From Callorhinchus milii (lineage: Eukaryota), in contig NW_024704743.1 of NCBI RefSeq assembly GCF_018977255.1, positions 115,880,001 through 115,944,000 on the forward strand: a stretch of 64,000 bases of DNA. The letters are read 5' to 3'. Within the stretch, counting starts at the first letter, position 1. Every line of letters begins with the position of its first letter. Both the position numbers and the translations under genes were made by a program. A model generated the notes under the pieces. That model ran no database searches. It was not told the DNA's origin and saw only the letters and a program-made list of their open reading frames with translations. Positions 57,473-64,000 of this stretch are shown piece after piece.

Positions 57473-60297
57473 GATTTCTTCCATGGTGTCAGGGTGACAT
57501 CAGGGATAGAACACAAAAGCAACTCCAATGACAGGACAGGAGAATTATAGAAAAATAATCTGCTCATTCGTACACAGATGAAAGCCACCAGGTTGTCAGG
57601 ATATCATTTTAACTAATTGCAAGAGGATAAGGTATCTTCAATATATTCTAAAAAGTTCAGAGTTTAACTGATAACAGCTGTGCTCAGAGCTCCTTTGAAG
57701 TTGATTGAACTCAAAAGGACTGTGGATTCACCAGCCAAGCTTCTGACTCACTTGGTCGAAGATCGTGGGTTCAAGCCCCATGCCAGGACTTTGAGTTCAA
57801 AACTGATACTCCAGCACAGTCCTGGAGGAGCACTGCATTGTCGGAGATACCATCCTACCAATGAGATATTGACCCAATGTCCTCTCAGATCCAGGAGCAC
57901 TATTTGAAAAGAGAAGGGAATTTCTTCCAGTGTCCTGACCAATAAGCCCCCAGATAAAATTGGTCATTTACTTTTTGACTGTTTGTGGGACGATTGCTGT
58001 GTGCAAATTGCCATAGAACCAGAGTGAGAAGTAGAAATGCCAGGACAGAGGAATAGCGCTGGAGGAGACTGAAAAGGTAGGGACAGGATCATGAAGAGAT
58101 TTGAAGGTTAGGTTGAGGATTGTGAAGTCAAATTGCTGGTGGACAGGGATCCAGTGAATTCTACAACCTACATGATTTAATCCCAGCCACTTGCTAATCC
58201 CCCAATAACATTCCCAATGGTCTCCGGTAACTAGAACCAAAGTGATCCAGAGGGTTATTTGATAATAATATCAATAATAACTATAATAATAATTACATTT
58301 GATATAGTGCCTTTCACATCAGGAGAACGCCTCAAAGCAAATGATCAATTCACTTTACAGTATATATATTCAAAGACTTGATAAGGTGCTATATCAAATG
58401 CAAGGATTATTATTAATATTATAAAGTGTTGCAGCAGCCAATTGCACACAGCAGAGTCCAGGAAACAGCCATGAAGTAAGTGAATGTCCAATTCGATCTG
58501 GGGGATTGTTGGCCAGGACACCAGGAGAAATTCCTTTCTCCTTTCAAATAGTGCCAAGGGATCTTTAACGTCTACCTGAAGAGGCAGACTATCATCCATG
58601 CGATCTTATCTGTATAACCTTCAATCCCACTTAAAAGCCCAGAGTCAGCTAATTTTCAAAGGGTTTAAGCAACATAACTAACTTATTTTGATGGGAGACC
58701 ATTCCACTGGTCTGGCATGGCACTAAAAGCATTTCTTCTTGTCCCTAGTTTGTTTTGCTTGAACCTTGCTAATTATTTTCAACTTGTTCCCTCCAGTTCT
58801 GTAATCACTGGTTTTGTTAGATGGGGGGAGTGTGAAGTGTACTGACTGTATTTTGTAAGTGTCTTTGTTTTTGAGGCTCTCTGCAGCCAGTTTCCTGACT
58901 GGTGTTTTGCATTCCTGGATCTCTGAATCAGCTTCCACACTGAATAGCATTGACTGACCTATGTTAAAGTAAATGGGATCACTCCATCAGTGACTCACTC
59001 CATTAGTGACTCCCAGACAATGGAGTAGGTGCCAGGTATGTGGATCCTGAAGACCCTCTCTTTGTCTCACATCTTAAGACCATCCTCTTCGACCTAGCCT
59101 TTGGCCACTTTCCTACCCTCCCTGCCCTCCACCTTCCCTGATTCCAACCCCGACCCCCCGCTCGGGTTCAAATCCCTGACTGTCCAGTTCCTTGGGACTT
59201 CTTTCTGATGTGAAAGATGCTCTCCAAATGTAATTTTGTATTTTGCTGTGTTTGCATCCTCAAAACACCAGAGATTATTGTTCAGGAGAACCCTATTTGA
59301 AACGAAAATGGAATTTCACCCAGTACCCTGGTCAACAATCCTCTAAATAATAATAATCCTTGCATTTGATATAATGTTTTTCACATTGGGAGGACCTCTC
59401 AAATTACTTTGTAGGATGTGGCAACTTTTTTTTAAATGTAGGTGAACACAGCAGCCAATTTGCGCATAGTGATGTCCCATAAACAGCTATGATGTGAATG
59501 ATTAATTTTTATATAGGGTATTGTTGGCCAGGACACTTATAGGAAAAACTCCCTTCTCTTTTCAAATAATGCCATAGGATCTTTAATATGCACTTGAACA
59601 GGCAGACTGGTCCTTGGTTTTGCAACTCATCCAAAGATTAATTTAGTCATTCAATTCATGGCTGTTTGTGAGAACTTACTGGCTCAAAATAACTACAATA
59701 ACTATCACTGATGTAAATTATTTGTGAAGCACTTTGAGACTTTATGATACAAGACATAATAAATACATAAGGTTTTGGTTCTTCATTTGCACTGTATATT
59801 ATTTTTTCTACAATTTAAAACAGGAAGTAAGGCTGCAGTCTACCCTTTCCCTTTTAATAACCTGCTCAGGTCACATTCTTATGCCTCTCAGTATTTTAGC
59901 AAAGCGGTTTCTACGTGCTGTATCTCTTTGTTATTGCTGATCCAATCCTCAGTCTAACTCATTGACTTGCATTAGGAGGAGCATTGCGTCAACCTCCATT
60001 TGACGCTTTGCTATTCAATATTAAGCGATTTCTGCCCTAATTTTGTTTCTCCATCACTCAGCCTTAACAGAAGCTCTTCTTATCTTCTACCGTCCCCAAA
60101 CTGTGTTCCACATTCCTGTATTTCAGAGATAACAATCCCAGTGCCTTCACCATTGCATATGGAGCCTCTTGTAACCCAATCCAGTTATTGTTTCAATGAG
60201 TCTCCTCTTGCTATCTTATTCTCTTATTAATCCTATCAGTGCCAGACTTGCTGTTAGTTTACTGCACAAAGTATGCTAATTCGGAACTTGCTAAACC

Positions 60298-60530
60298 TCC
60301 AGGTTAAGAAGGGAGGGGCGGGGAAGAAAGCATCCAGGGTTATTGCTCCTGATCCTTGTATGGAGATCATGACCTCTTTTCCCCTCCCCTCAAAACAAAT
60401 GAGATCATGATGAAGTTCGGCTGTGAAGTGAGTCCAAACCTCATAACAGAATAACCTGCTCACACTCACTGTCAAGGCTTACACACAAATAATGGCAACC
60501 TTGATGGGGTACCACAGGGCATCTGTGGAG
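60298..60530 (+). mobile_element. AmnSINE2-like SINE, 3' half
   Basis: ccagggttattgctcctgatc and cactcactgtcaaggcttacacacaaataatggc. Confidence 0.55.
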
Positions 60531-62434
60531 CCATACTGCTGTGATCAGAAACAGATTATTGTTTAAAATAGTTTTAGTTCAGTTAGGAATTCTTATGCTT
60601 GTCAACTAGTTAGCTTTGAATGAGGTGTTAAACCAAGATCCCACCTGCCTGTTCAGATGGACCTTAAAGATCCCATGGCTCAATTCGAAAAGAGAAGGGA
60701 ATTTATCCCAGTGCCCTGGCCAATGATCCCCCAAATAAAATTGGTCATTTGTTTCATGGTTGTTTGTGGGACATTTTCCTACAAAATACACAGTCACTCC
60801 ATTTCACAGTTATTCCTGTGAAGGGCTTTGAGACAAACCTCTGATGTGATAAGGCGCTATACCAAATGCAAGGATTATATTATTATTATTGTGTCAAGCT
60901 GTGGAATGACAATCTCGATTATAAATTAATTATTTTGATTGAGTGAAAGTTGCTTATGCTTATTAGTCAGTATCAAAATGACTTATTGAAATATAAGCCT
61001 ACCTCATTAAATTGAGCTGAATTGTAGAAGCGACATGTGTTATAGGGTAGTTAGCATGATTCCAACTAACATGTTATGGGAAAACGTTAGAATGATGTGC
61101 CATGAAGAGTTAATCGGTTCAGAAGAAAGAAGTGTATTGATCATAATTGTCTTGTTAATTGTTGATATATTGGTCCTGTACTGTTTTAATCAGAATCAGT
61201 CCTTGGGTGCTAAAGAATGCTTATATGTCTTTCTGCCTTATTAAGTAAATTAACTGTTGAACATAAAATACAAATAACTTTGGTTCCTCTGACCCCGGGT
61301 TCCTTTTTTAAAATTTCAGTGTAACAGAATAAGATGGTCTTTTCTGGCCACACCTTGTTGTCCCAGGCTTACGCAGTTAAACAGAGCAGTTAATTCCACT
61401 ACTGGCCGTACTTTTGAACCCATCAGTACCTCAGCACGTGAAAGATTTATGTCACAGGCATGTTGGCGTGTTGGGCTAAACGGCCTCCTCGTCAGTCTAG
61501 GCTGTCGCTCCATTGCAGTTCTGGGAGAATACTGTACTGTTGCAGCTGCTGTCATTCACACAAAATTTTAAACTGAGGTTCCTTCTGGCTGTTCAGGTGG
61601 ACGTTAAAGATCCTATGGATCTATTCAAAAAGAGAAGATTTTCTGCTTCAACAATCCCCCCAGATATAATTGATCATTCACTTCATGGCTGTTTGTGGAT
61701 TGTTGCTGTACGAGAATTGGCTGCCACGTTCGCCTATATACACACACTTTACAGGAAAAATCTTTTGAAGCACTTTGCAACATCTTGGCTGTGATAAAAT
61801 CCTATAATCAAATACAAGTATTATTATTATAAATCATGTACAATATGAACAAAGTCCATCACCTTTAGGAGAGGATAGAAGAGGAGAGGAGAGGTGAGTG
61901 AGACAGGACATTAGTGGAGCATTAAAGAAGTGTAAAATCACAGACAAAGTTTTCCAGTTTGTCTCCTGACATTTAAAAGAGTCAGACTGAAGCCTAACAG
62001 GATACGGTTCGGTTTTGTAACTTAAAAAAAGAAGTCGGGAGGTTGAGGGCCATCCCTTGCGAGACCTGTTCATCTAATTGAAAATGAAAGGCGATATTAA
62101 AGCAAGCCAAAAACATTTGTAATCTGAGCGATCAGTTTACAGGCCACACGTCAGTCTAATAAAAAGTAAAAGTGACAGAGGCAGCTGTGAGCTGAAATAC
62201 ACTTATCACTTTAAGTAGCTCTTGGCTGTGCTCAAGGGAACTTTGTGGCACTCTCTGCAGCTGAATGGAGTTGAACAAGACACCTTGACTTTCTTGGTTG
62301 TAAGTACTCTGTCTTATTAATAAAACCGGTTCTACTAAATTGCAGCCGATACTTTTAAACACAGTTAAATTTTTCCAATGGATAAAGGCACTTGTGACTG
62401 TAAATGGACTGCAAAGAGAGCTGCAGTGTCTCAC

Positions 62435-62668
62435 TCAGGTCTGTGGTGAGAGTTAGCTGATCTAAGCTAATGGAACTAAATTGTTGGTGGGATGGTGCTA
62501 CAGTTGGCCTCAATGCGGTGGTCAAAGGAGGAAAATGATCAAACAGGTGATCCTGTTCCTGATCTCTGTCCAGCAACTCCTGTTGGAAAGTACATGAGTG
62601 GTGTGTGGAAAGAAATTGGGGACAGGATTGGGCTCACCTTCCGGGGTTGAAAAGCCTGCACGACAACA
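62435..62668 (+). mobile_element. AmnSINE2-like ancient SINE fragment
   Basis: gagttagctgatctaagct..ctacagttggcctcaatgc..cctgatc..ggacaggattgggctc, colinear with 53718-54012. Confidence 0.6.
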
Positions 62669-62949
62669 ACCTAATATATAATAATTCTTACATTTGATAA
62701 GAACATAAGAAATGCTAGATATAAAAAGACACATTGTCAAAACGTTTCAAACATAGTCACTGTGTATTTGTAGGCAAGCGTAGTGGCAGACAATTTGTGC
62801 ACAGCAAAATCGCATGAATAGCCATGAAGTGAATGACCAATTTTATCTGTTTCCAAGCCATCAGGAGAAATTGCCTTCTCTTTTCAAATAGTGCCATTAG
62901 ATCTTAAATGTCTACCATGAACAAGCAGATGAGACCTTGATTTAACATC

Positions 62950-63312
62950 CAAATAGAATTACGTAGAGTGTAATTTGGCTCAAATAATCTGTGCTGGTGT
63001 TTATACTCCACATGAGCCTCCACCCATCCTAATAAACTCTCTCTAACCTGTATCATATCCCTCTATTCCCTTCTCCCCCTCTTAACTGCATTGACACTTT
63101 CTGCTTCAACCACAGATTCTGGCAGCGAGTTCCATATTCAGGCCATTCTCCTGTATAAGGAAATTCCTCCTAAACTCTACTTGCTCTTTTTATATTTACA
63201 CCTCCTTATTACGAACTCACCAACAACTTATTTATGTGCACCTTATCAAACCCTTTCATATTTTTAAATACTTTTATCAGGTCCCCTCTCAAATATCTCA
63301 TCTCTAGAGGTG
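62950..63312 (-). mobile_element. CR1 3' fragment
   Basis: gcttcaaccac..tggcagcgagttcca and ttatcaaaccctttcatatttttaaatacttttatcaggtcccctc are the antisense of the CR1 RGDLI.VFKIMKGFD motif. Confidence 0.75.
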
Positions 63313-63327
63313 ATGACAATCTCTATA

Positions 63328-63566
63328 TAGTCCTGGAGCTCAGTGGTTAGAGCACTCACCTTGCAAGCGAGAAACCTGGGTTCGATTCCTGGTAGGGCGA
63401 AATGTTGGGCAAGTTTCCTTAGTCTACACACCTCTGTTTAACTAGCAGTAAGTAGAAACCAGGTTGTTAGGTGATTGGCGGATTGTTTTTCCGGGAGATA
63501 ATAATTCCTTCAAAAAAAAATAGTAATTTTTATCCACGAAGGTTTGTGGGACACTGCTGTGCGCAC
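63328..63566 (+). mobile_element. SINE family A, 3'-truncated
   Basis: gctcagtggttagagcactcaccttgcaagcgagaaacctgggttcgattcc head plus body. Confidence 0.88.
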
Positions 63567-64000
63567 CAGAGTCTCAGCCGAGACTGTAAGCTCAAAGTCT
63601 CCATGTGGAACATTGAACCCACAACCTTCTGATTCAGAGGCAAAAGTGCTACCAACTGAGTTAAGATGACACCTACAAACCTTATACAATGTACACTTGC
63701 ATTGCATGATTCACGTAGGATAACATCTCAATGCTCGTCACTGCACTCACTGTCCAGACACATGCATGAAAAGCTGCCACATGGATAAAGTGCTAAGTAG
63801 ATAGATATCAAACACTCTTTGAAACCAAACTCAACTGGAGTCAAAACCTTTAAGGGAAGTATTACTGGATGGAAAATTGTTCTTTTTTTAACACTGATTT
63901 GAGTCTTTGGACAAAACAGTTTGTCAATAAACTAGAATGTTTTGTCACTTTTGTCTTTAAAAAATCTAATTTTATATAGAAATAATAATAGTGATAATAA

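Noticed and set aside
1..64000. CRISPR-like recurrence of atatcaaatgcaaggattattatt and the recurring peptide [11 protein letters not shown]
   Set aside because: Irregular spacing on both strands; these are dispersed SINE 3' tails.
51790..64000. Neighbouring upstream gene
   Set aside because: No convincing exons or recognisable protein; mostly repeats. Small or non-coding exons cannot be excluded.

Overview
Eukaryotic (vertebrate) genomic DNA, not prokaryotic. The SINE/LINE repertoire suggests a cartilaginous fish, possibly a holocephalan; this is an inference. The window holds the 5' part of a laminin alpha-1 gene (LAMA1) on the minus strand. Twelve GT-AG coding exons run from the ATG at 51182 down to 1593. 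They splice in frame to 1737 nt / 579 aa: signal peptide, LN polymerisation domain, LE (EGF-like) repeats and the start of the L4/IV domain. The gene continues beyond the left edge. Intron 1 is 28.2 kb. The ~12.8 kb upstream of the ATG contains no recognisable second gene. The rest is dense in mobile DNA: L2- and CR1-clade LINE fragments, two tRNA-headed SINE families sharing an L2-type 3' tail, an AmnSINE2-like old SINE, a palindromic MITE-like family and a hAT-like TIR element, with several readable nested insertions. Nearly all ORF-track ORFs are spurious. I found no convincing wholly new biological system. The best leads are repeat-derived structures that could affect LAMA1 splicing or expression, substitutions at normally conserved laminin residues, and possibly uncatalogued TIR elements. 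Exon coordinates were read base by base. Repeat boundaries are approximate, and repeat family names come from recalled consensus sequences, not database searches.
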